Source of the DNA: Candidatus Kerfeldbacteria bacterium
GTDB taxonomy: Bacteria > Patescibacteriota > Patescibacteriia > SBBC01 > CAIJZX01
DNA: 33,541 nucleotides
NCBI GenBank assembly: GCA_043766165.1
Contig: JAYUIJ010000011.1
Coordinates: forward strand, 1 to 33,541
Direction of reading: 5' to 3'
A program made the position numbers and the translations under genes. Below the pieces are notes generated by a model, which saw only the letters and a list, made by a program, of their open reading frames with translations, was not told the DNA's origin and searched no databases. Below, piece after piece: positions 16,828-26,545 of the stretch. The first letter of the stretch is position 1; every line of letters starts with the position of its first letter.

Positions 16828-18449
16828 AGAGTCGTATTCAATAACCACAGTTGGTCGCCACTGTGCTGTGCCGACAGATCAAGACGGAGATGATGTTGGA
16901 GTGCGGTCGTTTGAACATCGCTGATCTGATATTGTCCGGGCTGAACTAAAAGATACACTGGCCACTGGGCGACTAAAGCCTGTAGCGCCTGCCAATCTGT
17001 CTCCGTTTGCGGTAAGCGGAAAGCAGATACACGCTGGTCTTGGAAATATTTATCGGATGGACCGGCAATGATAATAGCTTGCGGCGGCGTGGCGCCCAAT
17101 ACAAATGCTCGCTGTTGGCTATATTTTTTGTTGGCTTGCAACCTCGATCGTAGTCCGGCCACTGGCTGCGACCAGATGGTGATGATTTGCGATCCGGCGA
17201 GAATAATTTCGACCAGGAGAACTAACCAGCGCCGCTGAATCAGCCGTAGCACAATCACGACACCCGGTGTCATTAAGACGTAGAGCGGTAACCAGTAACG
17301 CACATACGAAGCTAGCGCCCCGTTGACGCTGGCTGGTGTATTTTGATACAAATTCCATGTGCCGTAATAAACCAATGGAAAAATTCCAATTAAACTTAAG
17401 ACGGAAAGTTTTACAGCTTTACTGATGGTAGAATATTTCCGTTGAAAGTATCGACCAAGCGCCACAAACGACATGACCGACCAGGTTGGTAGGAACAAAA
17501 TAAAATACCACCAGACCGATGATAGCCAGTGCCAGGACCAGTGACCGCCAACTGGGGTCAGAACTTTTGCTAGTGGAGTAAAGACACTACTGGGTCCGAT
17601 ACTATCATCAATACTTTCACCGATACTATACCCCGTACTGAGCAACGAACCGTATACGGCTTGGTCAGCTAACAGCCATGGAAGTTGGATAACAATAGTT
17701 GCCGCCCCAAAGATAATTAGTTCACGCCATAACCGTCGCGCAGCTACTAACAGAAGCGCTGCAGGTACAAGCCACAACCCTTCAATTGGCCGAAAAAGTA
17801 TGGCTATACCAAAAACTGCACCAGCCACGATAGCCGAGAAACTTTTTGGTCGTTCAAGTAGTCGCAACATACACCACGCCGCAATCATCAAGGTAAAAAC
17901 AAAGGAGCCGTTGTGCAGATATGGGATGGTAGCGTACGAAAAAAATGCCGGGTGGACCGCTAACAGTGCTACGCCGAGCAGTGACCACCACCGAGTCCAA
18001 AATCTACGAAAAATTCTATACAACGCAAACAGACCAATGAAAGCAAGAATTGGATTTAATCCTCGTTCAGCACCCGCGCCAAAAACACGAATCACCAAGG
18101 CGCCTACTTGTACAAAACCTAGAAAACTGACCGGCGCAAGTGTTTGACCGGTGGTCATCATACTACGTGGATGAATGTACTTGAGGACTGCTACTGAGAC
18201 ATGTGTTGAAATACGATATTGTCCACTCTCAGCTAAGTGCTGCATGAATAGTTCGTTGGCCGCTTCGTCGGGCGATCCGACAATCGTATTCATACTCGAT
18301 AACCACAGCGTCCCGCTTAACCAGAGTACTGACAAGAAGGTAACTGTACCAAAAAATAGGCGCGACGGATGTGTACTATCTTGAACGTTGGAAGCAAACC
18401 AACGCTCGTGTTTAGGTGCTAGTGGCTTGGTTTTCGTCACGGTCAACAT
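16824..18449 (-). CDS. GT-C fold membrane glycosyltransferase (PMT/ArnT-like), second copy in the window
   Basis: 541 aa with more than 10 TM helices and a first-loop 'SPDEAANELF' acidic motif. Exact start is uncertain because it overlaps the upstream ORF by 38 nt. Confidence 0.75.
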   Translation of the reverse strand: MLTVTKTKPLAPKHERWFASNVQDSTHPSRLFFGTVTFLSVLWLSGTLWLSSMNTIVGSPDEAANELFMQHLAESGQYRISTHVSVAVLKYIHPRSMMTTGQTLAPVSFLGFVQVGALVIRVFGAGAERGLNPILAFIGLFALYRIFRRFWTRWWSLLGVALLAVHPAFFSYATIPYLHNGSFVFTLMIAAWCMLRLLERPKSFSAIVAGAVFGIAILFRPIEGLWLVPAALLLVAARRLWRELIIFGAATIVIQLPWLLADQAVYGSLLSTGYSIGESIDDSIGPSSVFTPLAKVLTPVGGHWSWHWLSSVWWYFILFLPTWSVMSFVALGRYFQRKYSTISKAVKLSVLSLIGIFPLVYYGTWNLYQNTPASVNGALASYVRYWLPLYVLMTPGVVIVLRLIQRRWLVLLVEIILAGSQIITIWSQPVAGLRSRLQANKKYSQQRAFVLGATPPQAIIIAGPSDKYFQDQRVSAFRLPQTETDWQALQALVAQWPVYLLVQPGQYQISDVQTTALQHHLRLDLSAQHSGDQLWLLNTTL

Positions 18450-18846
18450 ACACTAAGAAACATAAACCGAAGACCAGCAAGCCACTCAACGGTGCAAACA
18501 GGAGAATTGGCCAACCAATACTATGAGCCCGATACCAGACAGCCAACATGGTCATGATTGCTAGTGCCACCATCCAAATCAGTGACTGCGGACGGATTGG
18601 TTGACGGGTTTTTGTTCGAGCCGCCGGCACAATGGATGGCCAGATAGTCGCCAGTATACCGATGCCAACCGTGATCCATAACAGATGGGGTAAGGCTATA
18701 AAAAGAGTAACAAAACCTGGATTGATACTTTCTAAAACATACAGTCCAACATACATCACTAAAAAAACTTGGAACGCAAACGTAATAATTTCTCGTGTTT
18801 CTTTTGGACTGAGCGGCCAGGGAATAGAAAAAGTTATTTTTTTCAT
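18412..18846 (-). CDS. Small multi-pass membrane protein, unknown function
   Basis: 144 aa with about 4 TM helices, sitting between two longer operon members. Confidence 0.55.
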   Translation of the reverse strand: MKKITFSIPWPLSPKETREIITFAFQVFLVMYVGLYVLESINPGFVTLFIALPHLLWITVGIGILATIWPSIVPAARTKTRQPIRPQSLIWMVALAIMTMLAVWYRAHSIGWPILLFAPLSGLLVFGLCFLVYVDRDENQATST

Positions 18847-18848
18847 GA

Positions 18849-20459
18849 CTATTGTTTTAGGCCGAAGAAGCCAGTTATTTTTCCCCAGACTTTATGCCAG
18901 GGAAATGACCCGCGGATTAAGGTCGCTTCAATTGAATCTAATCCCAGCGTCGCGCCGGTGGCTTGCATATTTGGTGCTTCAATAGAAAAGGTTACATTTT
19001 TTCCGGCTAGACCTAAATCACTGAAGGTATACGTTTGCTCAACGACATCCCGTCCGGTCGATTGTGGTACATATTCAGCGACAATGTAATCAATTGCATT
19101 GAGATTTGGCGAACTGGTGACATCAACCGCTTGAGCGCCATCGGGAATAAGGAAAGCCGGGGCAATAGCAATTAAACCATCCCCTCGAATATCTAGATCA
19201 CCTTTGGGAATTGTTACCGCCGTTTCGCTTGTTAGTCCTGTTTGCTGATGATTTACTTTAACATCTTGAACGGTTACTTTTTTTCCATTAACGAGAATGT
19301 CTTGTTTCCCCAAGTCGTGGTTGGCGATAAAGTTAAGTGTGCTACTCGTCGCTCGTAGATCAATCGCTGAAAAATTGGTCTGACCATAGGCTGGACCATC
19401 AGCGAATGAGACACGGTTAGCAAATGAAAGGAGATGTTGATTACTAACGATGTTACGAAAGACAACATCGTTAGTCGTTGCAATGTCGATGATATACGCA
19501 CCTGGTTGATCATTTGGCAGGGTGAGTGTTGCAGTTTGTATCTTGCCGTGACTACCTAAGACATCAATTATCCCATCATCAGGAATGACTACTGTTTGTA
19601 GCCAATGGTGTGATGTCCCACGAATTTGGTCAGCTCGGGCGATACGCATGACTAATTCATCGCCACCTTTTTGACGGTTGAGGTCAATTTTTTCCAAGGC
19701 AAACCTAATTGTTTCGTGAGCAGCATAGACATAAATTTTATGACTACCACGAAACGCGTGAGCAAAAGTTATAGGCGACGCGCTCGGTTGGTAGGTCGGC
19801 AGATGCGTGACGCTCATATGATCAAGTCCGACCGTGCCGACTGTTCGGATATCTGCCGGCGGATGAGCTAAAAAATCAGCGACACTTGAATATTGGGTGA
19901 TCGGTTGAGCGGGCAGAGTCGGGGCTTGGTTGATATTTTTTGTATTGGTGGTGGGAGTCACAGCCGGCGGATGTGACGCACGCATCCAGAGCGTGACATT
20001 GCCGGTGGTCACATGTTTCCAATCGAGGGCATCTAAGACCGCCGAAGAAGCGATAATTGACAACTCTGAACCTTTATAACCGTTCGCGACCAAAGCGACG
20101 TATGGCTGTGTACCAGGACTGAGTCGCAGACGAAGATGAATTGCGTCAATCAGGCGTGGTATAGTGACCGTAAATGGTAGAGAGTTTGTCGTTAATCGCC
20201 AACGCAAATTTTTATCGGCCGTCTGAATGACCGATGCCGCGGTGGGCAGATAAATGACATTTCCTTTTTGACCGGGCCGATAGCTATACCGCAGTGACGG
20301 CGTAAAGAAAAAGTGGTTGTTGAGCAGATTCAGAAGTACAAAAAAAGGCACCGCCAGCAAAATTGCCTTGCATACCATCACAGCTAAATGCGGACGTTGT
20401 CGAAAGAATGTCAATCGCATGCCTATAAGTATACCGTACTCCGGCCGGAAAGAAAACAT
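18849..20459 (-). CDS. Large hypothetical membrane-anchored extracytoplasmic protein
   Basis: 536 aa with an N-terminal TM helix and then a beta-rich domain. It is the first gene of the minus-strand operon. No family recognised. Confidence 0.65.
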   Translation of the reverse strand: MFSFRPEYGILIGMRLTFFRQRPHLAVMVCKAILLAVPFFVLLNLLNNHFFFTPSLRYSYRPGQKGNVIYLPTAASVIQTADKNLRWRLTTNSLPFTVTIPRLIDAIHLRLRLSPGTQPYVALVANGYKGSELSIIASSAVLDALDWKHVTTGNVTLWMRASHPPAVTPTTNTKNINQAPTLPAQPITQYSSVADFLAHPPADIRTVGTVGLDHMSVTHLPTYQPSASPITFAHAFRGSHKIYVYAAHETIRFALEKIDLNRQKGGDELVMRIARADQIRGTSHHWLQTVVIPDDGIIDVLGSHGKIQTATLTLPNDQPGAYIIDIATTNDVVFRNIVSNQHLLSFANRVSFADGPAYGQTNFSAIDLRATSSTLNFIANHDLGKQDILVNGKKVTVQDVKVNHQQTGLTSETAVTIPKGDLDIRGDGLIAIAPAFLIPDGAQAVDVTSSPNLNAIDYIVAEYVPQSTGRDVVEQTYTFSDLGLAGKNVTFSIEAPNMQATGATLGLDSIEATLIRGSFPWHKVWGKITGFFGLKQ

Positions 20460-20483
20460 TCTATACTTTGTGAGACTTGGATT

Positions 20484-20512
20484 TTGACAGTCCGCTGGGC
20501 AAACAGTATACT
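20484..20512 (+). promoter_or_regulatory. Sigma70-type promoter for the glycan locus (TTGACA-N17-TATACT)
   Basis: TTGACA at 20484..20489, 17-nt spacer, TATACT at 20507..20512. Confidence 0.55.
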
Positions 20513-20561
20513 AAAGGGCGATTTTCGAAACATATTTGAGTGACTTGCCTTGCCGCTGATT

Positions 20562-21596
20562 ATGAAAAAAGCATTTATTACCGGAATTACCGGACAGGAT
20601 GGATCCTATTTGTCAGAATTATTGTTAGCTAAAGGATACGAGGTTCACGGTCTTATCCGCCGATCATCGTCATTTAATACCGGTCGACTTGAGGCCATCT
20701 ACCAAGATCCGCACGTTGCTGACCGGCAGCTCTTTCTCCACTATGGAGATTTAGCCGACTCTTCAAACGTCGCTCGTTTAATCGAACATATTGCTCCAGA
20801 CGAAATTTATAACCTTGGCGCACAAAGTCATGTCCGTGTTAGTTTTGACATGCCAGAGTTTACCGGCGACGTTGACGCACTTGGCGTGACCCGACTTTTA
20901 GAAACTATTCGCGGTACCCGTGGCAAAACAAAATTCTATCAAGCCTCTTCAAGCGAAATGTACGGCAAAGTACTCGAAGTCCCACAAAAAGAAACGACTC
21001 CGTTTTATCCGCGAAGCCCATACGGCGTGGCTAAGGTGTATGGTTACTGGATTACGGTTAACTATCGTGAAAGCTATAACATCTTCGCCTGCAACGGCAT
21101 TTTATTCAACCATGAATCCCCTCGCCGCGGCGAAACATTTGTAACCCGTAAAATTACCCGTGGGTTAGCTCGAATTAAAGCCGGTAAAGAAAAAACGTTG
21201 TACCTCGGTAATCTTGATGCCAAACGCGACTGGGGTTATGCCAAAGACTACGTCGAAGCGATGTGGTTGATGATGCAGCAACCAACTGCTGATGACTATG
21301 TGATTGCAACTGGCGAAACCCATTCCGTTCGTGAATTTGTTGAAGAAGCTGGAAAATTACTCGACATGACGATTGAATGGCGCGGATCCGGTGTCCAAGA
21401 AGAAGGAGTTGATTCAAAAACGGGCAATGTGGTTATTAAAATTGATTCGGAATATTTCCGTCCGACGGAAGTTGATTTACTGATCGGCGATGCGACGAAA
21501 GCGAAACAAGCCTTCGGCTGGGTTCCACCGACAACCTTCAAAGAATTGGTCAAGATTATGGTTGAGGCCGACGTAATTAAAGAAGCTGCCAAATAA
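20562..21596 (+). CDS. gmd: GDP-mannose 4,6-dehydratase
   Basis: '[40 protein letters not shown]' is the canonical Gmd N-terminus. ATG 20562 is preferred over the listed TTG at 20550. Confidence 0.95.
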   Translation: MKKAFITGITGQDGSYLSELLLAKGYEVHGLIRRSSSFNTGRLEAIYQDPHVADRQLFLHYGDLADSSNVARLIEHIAPDEIYNLGAQSHVRVSFDMPEFTGDVDALGVTRLLETIRGTRGKTKFYQASSSEMYGKVLEVPQKETTPFYPRSPYGVAKVYGYWITVNYRESYNIFACNGILFNHESPRRGETFVTRKITRGLARIKAGKEKTLYLGNLDAKRDWGYAKDYVEAMWLMMQQPTADDYVIATGETHSVREFVEEAGKLLDMTIEWRGSGVQEEGVDSKTGNVVIKIDSEYFRPTEVDLLIGDATKAKQAFGWVPPTTFKELVKIMVEADVIKEAAK

Positions 21597-21599
21597 CCC

Positions 21600-22535
21600 A
21601 TGATGAATCCCCAAGATAAAATTTACGTCGCCGGCCATCGTGGACTGGTCGGTTCGGCAATTATGCGAGCTTTACAGACAGCTGGTTACACTAACCTTAT
21701 TTTCCGTACACGAGAAGAATTAGATCTGATGGATTATCCAGCGGTTCAGAAATTTTTCCAGGCGGAAAAACCAGATTACGTATTTCTGGCAGCAGCTAAG
21801 GTTGGCGGTGTCCATGCTAACAACATTGCTGGTGCCGATTTTATTTACGAAAATTTAACCATCCAAAATAATATCGTAAAAAGCGCGCATGATGCACAGG
21901 TGAAAAAATTGCTTTTTCTCGGCAGCAGCTGCATTTACCCGCGCGATTGTCCGCAACCCATCAAAGAAGAATATTTTCTAGATGGAAAATTAGAGGAGAC
22001 GAATAAACCATATGCGGCGGCAAAAATTTCGGGCATCCTCTTGTGCCAAGCATTTCACAAACAATACGGCGATAATTTCATTTCGGTCATGCCGACCAAT
22101 TTGTATGGTCCAAATGACAACTTCGATTTAGAAACATCGCACGTCTTTCCGGCTCTACTCAGAAAATTCTACGATGCTCAGCAGAATAACGAACCAACTG
22201 TTACTGTCTGGGGCAGCGGTTCACCAAAAAGAGAGTTCCTGCATGTAGATGATTTAGCCTCCGCCTGTCTACATTTTATGAATACGTACGATGATCCCGA
22301 AATTGTTAATATCGGTACCGGCGAAGATATTAGCATTAAGGATTATGCCGAATTAGTGAAAGAGGTGGTTGGCTATCAAGGCGAAATTGTCTGGGACAGC
22401 AGCAAACCGGACGGCACGCCGCGTAAACTCTTAGATGTTTCGAAGGCCACTAGTCTAGGTTGGAAAGCCAAAGTTAATATTCGTGACGGCGTGACCTCAA
22501 CCTTGGCGTGGTTTATCGATCATCAAGCGAAGTAG
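21600..22535 (+). CDS. fcl: GDP-L-fucose synthase (GDP-4-keto-6-deoxymannose 3,5-epimerase/4-reductase)
   Basis: 'IYVAGHRGLVGSAI', 'AAAKVGG', 'SSCIYP' and 'YAAAK' are typical of Fcl/WcaG. It lies directly downstream of gmd. Confidence 0.9.
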   Translation: MMNPQDKIYVAGHRGLVGSAIMRALQTAGYTNLIFRTREELDLMDYPAVQKFFQAEKPDYVFLAAAKVGGVHANNIAGADFIYENLTIQNNIVKSAHDAQVKKLLFLGSSCIYPRDCPQPIKEEYFLDGKLEETNKPYAAAKISGILLCQAFHKQYGDNFISVMPTNLYGPNDNFDLETSHVFPALLRKFYDAQQNNEPTVTVWGSGSPKREFLHVDDLASACLHFMNTYDDPEIVNIGTGEDISIKDYAELVKEVVGYQGEIVWDSSKPDGTPRKLLDVSKATSLGWKAKVNIRDGVTSTLAWFIDHQAK

Positions 22536-22580
22536 TTGTCAGCCAACAACCTATCCTTAGGTTTACGATCATAGCCATCT

Positions 22581-24113
22581 ATGGATAGCAATATAGTATC
22601 AGGCCCACAAAAAAGTTACTTAACCACAACGGTTTTTGGGAGCGTTTGGACTGTACTCCAATTTGTCGTTACTTTTATCAGCGCGATCGCGATTTCAGTT
22701 ATCCTGTCGCGTTATTTAGGTCCATCAAAATATGGTCTGCTCGCCTATTTGTCGTGGTTTTCGACCTCGGCTTTATTAGTTATAAATTTCGGTATTTTAA
22801 CTACTATCCAAACATGGGTACCGAAATTGTATTTTACTGACCAACAATCGCAGGCTGCTTGGATTACTAGACAACTAGCCGTGGCCCAATTGGTGATTGT
22901 TGGCGTCGGCGCGATCGTGCTTATTCCCCTCGCCTGGCAATGGCACCGCTTTGTCTCGTTTTCGCCAAGTACATTCACGACCCTGTTACTACTGAACATC
23001 GTGCCGTTACTGTTGAACGTCGTGAACGCCTTTTGTTCGACTCTCTTGGTTTCCATCCAACGTTTCAAAACCGCCACGATTATTATTATTCTCGGTCAAG
23101 GGTTAGCCTTGATCGGAGCAGTGGCGACTGCCCTGATGCATTGGCAACTGTTTGGTTTGTTAATCATGCTCAGCATTGCCAACGGATTACTGTTCGTCGT
23201 ATATCTCTGGACCGCACGCGACATTTTGTTCCAGCTAACCCGATCGTGGTCCGGACTGGCCGCCTGGTCAACATTGTTAAAATTTTCGGGTTGGGCCTAC
23301 GCCAATATTCTATTAACGGTTGTTATTTGGGATAAGTCTATTTTCTTTTTTCTGGGAAAGTTCCAACATGGCCATGATTTGGCGATTTATGGTATCGCCT
23401 ATACATTGTCTATAACTATTACCGGAGCGCTTGATCCACTGTTAACGGTATTTTCAACTATACTGGCCGAACTAGTGGCCAAAAATGACTGGCCGCGAGT
23501 TCAATTGATTGTTCGACTATGTGCTAAATATGTTGCCCTGCTGTTATTGCCGCTGGTCATTCTTAGTTACGTTATCAGTCCATACATTGTGCGGTTAGCG
23601 TATGGTACATCCTTCATCCAAGTTGCGGCTCTCGTCCCGATATTATTGTTAGCCTCGACCACGAACAAAATATTTGTTACAGCTTGGACCATACCTCAAT
23701 ACAAGCAAGATTTGCAGGCGGTTGTACCACGGAACGCTTTGGTTGCGCTCTGTACTATTGTTTTAGCGCTAGTACTGATTCCGCGTTTTGGTGTATGGGG
23801 CGCGGCGGCAGCCAGTCTCACCACACAAGTTTTAGCCACGCTCATGTTATCCCTTTTCGTCCGACGATATAAGTTGTACGTGTGGACGAAGGAACTGGGC
23901 GGCGTCATAATCCTCAACGTAGTGGGAGGCATTCTGGTGTTGCTACCAATACTAGTACACACACCAAAGTCTGCCACCCAAACTTCAGCGTTAGTGTTCT
24001 TCCTTGGGTACATCATTATTGTTTGGCGGTATATGATTGGCCCGGTTGATCGGCAGTTGGTACAGCAAGCGCTCGCCACCCTTCGTCAACGTCCAAGTAC
24101 AAGCAAAACGTGA
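22581..24113 (+). CDS. MOP-family polysaccharide flippase (Wzx-like)
   Basis: 510 aa with about 12-14 TM helices, located in a glycan locus. Confidence 0.75.
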   Translation: MDSNIVSGPQKSYLTTTVFGSVWTVLQFVVTFISAIAISVILSRYLGPSKYGLLAYLSWFSTSALLVINFGILTTIQTWVPKLYFTDQQSQAAWITRQLAVAQLVIVGVGAIVLIPLAWQWHRFVSFSPSTFTTLLLLNIVPLLLNVVNAFCSTLLVSIQRFKTATIIIILGQGLALIGAVATALMHWQLFGLLIMLSIANGLLFVVYLWTARDILFQLTRSWSGLAAWSTLLKFSGWAYANILLTVVIWDKSIFFFLGKFQHGHDLAIYGIAYTLSITITGALDPLLTVFSTILAELVAKNDWPRVQLIVRLCAKYVALLLLPLVILSYVISPYIVRLAYGTSFIQVAALVPILLLASTTNKIFVTAWTIPQYKQDLQAVVPRNALVALCTIVLALVLIPRFGVWGAAAASLTTQVLATLMLSLFVRRYKLYVWTKELGGVIILNVVGGILVLLPILVHTPKSATQTSALVFFLGYIIIVWRYMIGPVDRQLVQQALATLRQRPSTSKT

Positions 24114-24179
24114 CATTTTATGCTAAATGTTGTAGACTACATTTCTTGTCAGTCCTCATTCTAGCCTGACATTATCTTC

Positions 24180-25010
24180 ATGTCCGACCAATCATTTACC
24201 CTCACCATCAAGCCCAAAAAAGGGTGGTCCGCGATTAATCTCAAAGAGCTGTGGCTCTATCGCGAACTCTTTTATATTTTCGCTTGGCGGGATATTAAAG
24301 TTCGGTATAAACAAACGGCCATCGGGGTCGTCTGGGCGATTTTACAGCCGTTTTTGTCGATGATTATTTTTTCGGTCTTTTTCGGCGGGCTGGCCAAGAT
24401 TCCGTCAAACGGCGTCCCGTACCCAATTTTCGTTTATTCCGGCTTATTGTTTTGGAATTATTTTTCTATTTCCTTAACCGGGGCCAGTAACTCGCTGTTG
24501 TCCAACGAAGGTATTATCAAAAAAATTTATTTCCCGCGTTTACTCTTACCGCTCTCGGCAACGATTACGCCATTAATTGATTTTGGGTTAGCCTTCGTGG
24601 TCTTAATTGGCTTAATGGTCTACTACCACTTCGCCCCGACCATCGGCATTTTGTTACTCCCCGTTTTAGTCTTCCTAGCTTTTTTATCAGCCTCAGGTTT
24701 TGGCTCATTACTAGCTGCTATTAACATTCGCTATCGTGACGTTCGCGAAGCACTACCGTTTTTTATTCAGACATTATTCTTCGTCACGCCCGTTATTTAT
24801 CCGACGACGTTGGTACCGGCAAAATTCCAATGGTTACTTGGTCTAAACCCAATGGCTGGCGTGATCGAGGCGGCCCGAGCAGTCATAGTTGGTGACAAAC
24901 CGGTAAATGTCCCTCTGCTGTTATTATCGGCGGCGATTGGCATTAGTCTCTTTACCTTTGGCATTTTCTACTTCAAGAAAACCGAGCGTATTTTCGCTGA
25001 TATCGCGTAA
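24180..25010 (+). CDS. wzm: ABC-2 type polysaccharide export permease (Wzm/TagG-like)
   Basis: 276 aa with 6 TM helices and an N-terminal 'ELWLYRELFYIFAWRDIKVRYKQT' motif typical of Wzm/TagG. Confidence 0.85.
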   Translation: MSDQSFTLTIKPKKGWSAINLKELWLYRELFYIFAWRDIKVRYKQTAIGVVWAILQPFLSMIIFSVFFGGLAKIPSNGVPYPIFVYSGLLFWNYFSISLTGASNSLLSNEGIIKKIYFPRLLLPLSATITPLIDFGLAFVVLIGLMVYYHFAPTIGILLLPVLVFLAFLSASGFGSLLAAINIRYRDVREALPFFIQTLFFVTPVIYPTTLVPAKFQWLLGLNPMAGVIEAARAVIVGDKPVNVPLLLLSAAIGISLFTFGIFYFKKTERIFADIA

Positions 25011-25016
25011 TTTCCT

Positions 25017-26270
25017 ATGAAGCAGCCAATCATTGAAGTTAAAGATATTTCCAAAAAATATATTTTGTCGCATCGTCCGCCGTATGAAACATTGCGCGAT
25101 ATTGTGACTGAGTTTGCTAAGAAACCTTTTCGCAACTTGCGACGAGGCGCCAAGGAAACAAAAGAAGATTTTTGGGCATTGAAAGATGTATCTTTTAACG
25201 TTCAACAAGGCGAAGCGATTGGCTTGATTGGAGCGAATGGTTCAGGTAAATCGACCCTCCTGAAAATTCTTTCACAAATTACGGATCCAACCGAAGGTGA
25301 AATCAAGATTCGTGGCCGGGTTGCGTCATTACTTGAAGTCGGCACTGGTTTTCATCCTGAACTGACCGGCCGAGAAAATATTTTCTTGAATGGCGCTATT
25401 CTCGGAATGAAAAATAAAGAAATTAACGAGAAGTTTGATGACATTGTAAAATTCTCCGGAGTAGAGAAGTTTCTTGACACGCCAATTAAGCGGTACTCGT
25501 CTGGCATGTACGTTCGCTTGGCTTTTGCCGTTGCCGCCCACATGGATCCTGATATTCTTATTGTTGATGAAGTCTTAGCCGTCGGCGACGCGGAATTTCA
25601 GAAGAAATGTATTGAAAAAATGGAAAATATCACTAAAACTGGCGGCCGAACAGTCATCTTTGTTAGTCACAACCTGATTGCCATCCAAAATTTGTGCACC
25701 AAAACGATCGCCCTGGAACATGGACAGATTAAACACATGGGCGACACAAAAGAGGTTATTGATCAGTACATGGCCGACAAAACCCGCCCGTCAATCAACC
25801 CGGAACTTAGCGAACGCGGCGACGTGGGCGAAATCCGATTTACCGATATCCAAGTCACTAATACCAACGACTCAACTAAAATTAAAAGCGGTGATGCGCT
25901 ACGATTTAAAGTTTCTTACAGTAGTGATTTTGCTAAACCGATCGCTAAAGCCCAAGTGATTGTATCGGTGCTCAGCAGTACCTCAAAAGTCTTGGTAGCC
26001 CGTTTAGATAGCACAGTGACTGCCGATACCTTTACCGCCCCACTCACCACCACCGGCGACGTCATTTGTGAAACCGGCCCGATGAACTTTGTCGAGGGTT
26101 TGTATACAGTGAATTTGGATTTTCTCATCGACGGCGAAAACCGCGACCATATGGAACGCACGACCTCGTTCAACATCGAAACGGATAATAAGAAGTATAA
26201 TTTCCGCGCTGATCCTGACGCAAATGCGACGGACTACGTCGTGGATTTCAAGTTTTCCCAAGTAGAATAG
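25017..26270 (+). CDS. wzt: Polysaccharide ABC transporter ATP-binding protein (Wzt/TagH-like) with a C-terminal beta-sandwich extension
   Basis: Walker A 'GANGSGKST', signature 'YSSGM' and Walker B 'ILIVDE'. A further roughly 170 aa lies beyond the NBD and resembles the Wzt C-terminal glycan-binding domain. Confidence 0.9.
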   Translation: MKQPIIEVKDISKKYILSHRPPYETLRDIVTEFAKKPFRNLRRGAKETKEDFWALKDVSFNVQQGEAIGLIGANGSGKSTLLKILSQITDPTEGEIKIRGRVASLLEVGTGFHPELTGRENIFLNGAILGMKNKEINEKFDDIVKFSGVEKFLDTPIKRYSSGMYVRLAFAVAAHMDPDILIVDEVLAVGDAEFQKKCIEKMENITKTGGRTVIFVSHNLIAIQNLCTKTIALEHGQIKHMGDTKEVIDQYMADKTRPSINPELSERGDVGEIRFTDIQVTNTNDSTKIKSGDALRFKVSYSSDFAKPIAKAQVIVSVLSSTSKVLVARLDSTVTADTFTAPLTTTGDVICETGPMNFVEGLYTVNLDFLIDGENRDHMERTTSFNIETDNKKYNFRADPDANATDYVVDFKFSQVE

Positions 26271-26284
26271 TTTCGTTGAAATAC

Positions 26285-26304
26285 ATCCAGCACCACTTTC
26301 AATG
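26285..26304 (+). repeat. Repeat copy R1 (ATCCAGCACCACTTTCAATG)
   Basis: Identical 20-mer to R2, 105 bp upstream of it. It starts 15 nt after the wzt stop. Confidence 0.85.
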
Positions 26305-26389
26305 AAGTGTTTGTTCTTATAAGACGAGTGCTAGTTTTCTTTACAGTATCTTAATAACCTAGGTAATCGTTGAGGGTGAGACGGGATAA

Positions 26390-26409
26390 ATCCAGCACCA
26401 CTTTCAATG
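26390..26409 (+). repeat. Repeat copy R2 (ATCCAGCACCACTTTCAATG)
   Basis: Identical to R1 and forms an inverted pair with R3. Confidence 0.85.
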
Positions 26410-26471
26410 GTTGCTTACTACATGAACACACAATGAACCAAATGGTACTCTTGGGACTGCAACAAGAGTAT

Positions 26472-26491
26472 CTTTGAAAGTGGTGCTGGAT
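26472..26491 (-). repeat. Repeat copy R3, inverted (19 of 20 match to R1/R2)
   Basis: CTTTGAAAGTGGTGCTGGAT is the reverse complement of the R1/R2 20-mer with one mismatch. It abuts the A/T run of the adjacent terminator. Confidence 0.85.
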
Positions 26492-26498
26492 AAAAAAG

Positions 26499-26537
26499 AG
26501 TCCCACGACGATTGCATCGTGGGACTTGTGTTTTGTG
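26499..26537. terminator. Bidirectional intrinsic terminator between wzt and the high-GC minus-strand gene
   Basis: AGTCCCACGA-loop-TCGTGGGACT (26499..26526). It is flanked by AAAAAA on the left (a U-run for the minus strand) and TGTGTTTTGTG on the right (a U-rich tail for the plus strand). Confidence 0.7.
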
Positions 26538-26545
26538 CGATTCGA

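Larger units (their letters stand above)
26390..26491. other. 102-bp element bounded by 18-19 bp inverted repeats (candidate structured RNA or MITE-like element)
   Basis: R2 and R3 can form an 18-bp closing stem around 62 nt. That interior contains a TACTCTTG/CAAGAGTA hairpin and a TGGTT/AACCA helix. Confidence 0.45.

Noticed and set aside
26285-26491. Possible CRISPR mini-array with a tracr-like anti-repeat
   Set aside because: There are only two direct copies of a 20-nt repeat with an 85-nt spacer, well outside normal CRISPR repeat and spacer sizes, and no cas, tnpB or iscB gene lies in the window. The anti-repeat idea is therefore unsupported. It is kept as a generic repeat or structured element.
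26271-26545. Integron attC site, type III toxin-antitoxin RNA repeats, or a retron msr/msd
   Set aside because: There is no GTTRRRY/RYYYAAC core pair and no integrase. The repeats lie downstream of the neighbouring gene's terminator rather than upstream of it, and there are only two of them. No reverse transcriptase is present.
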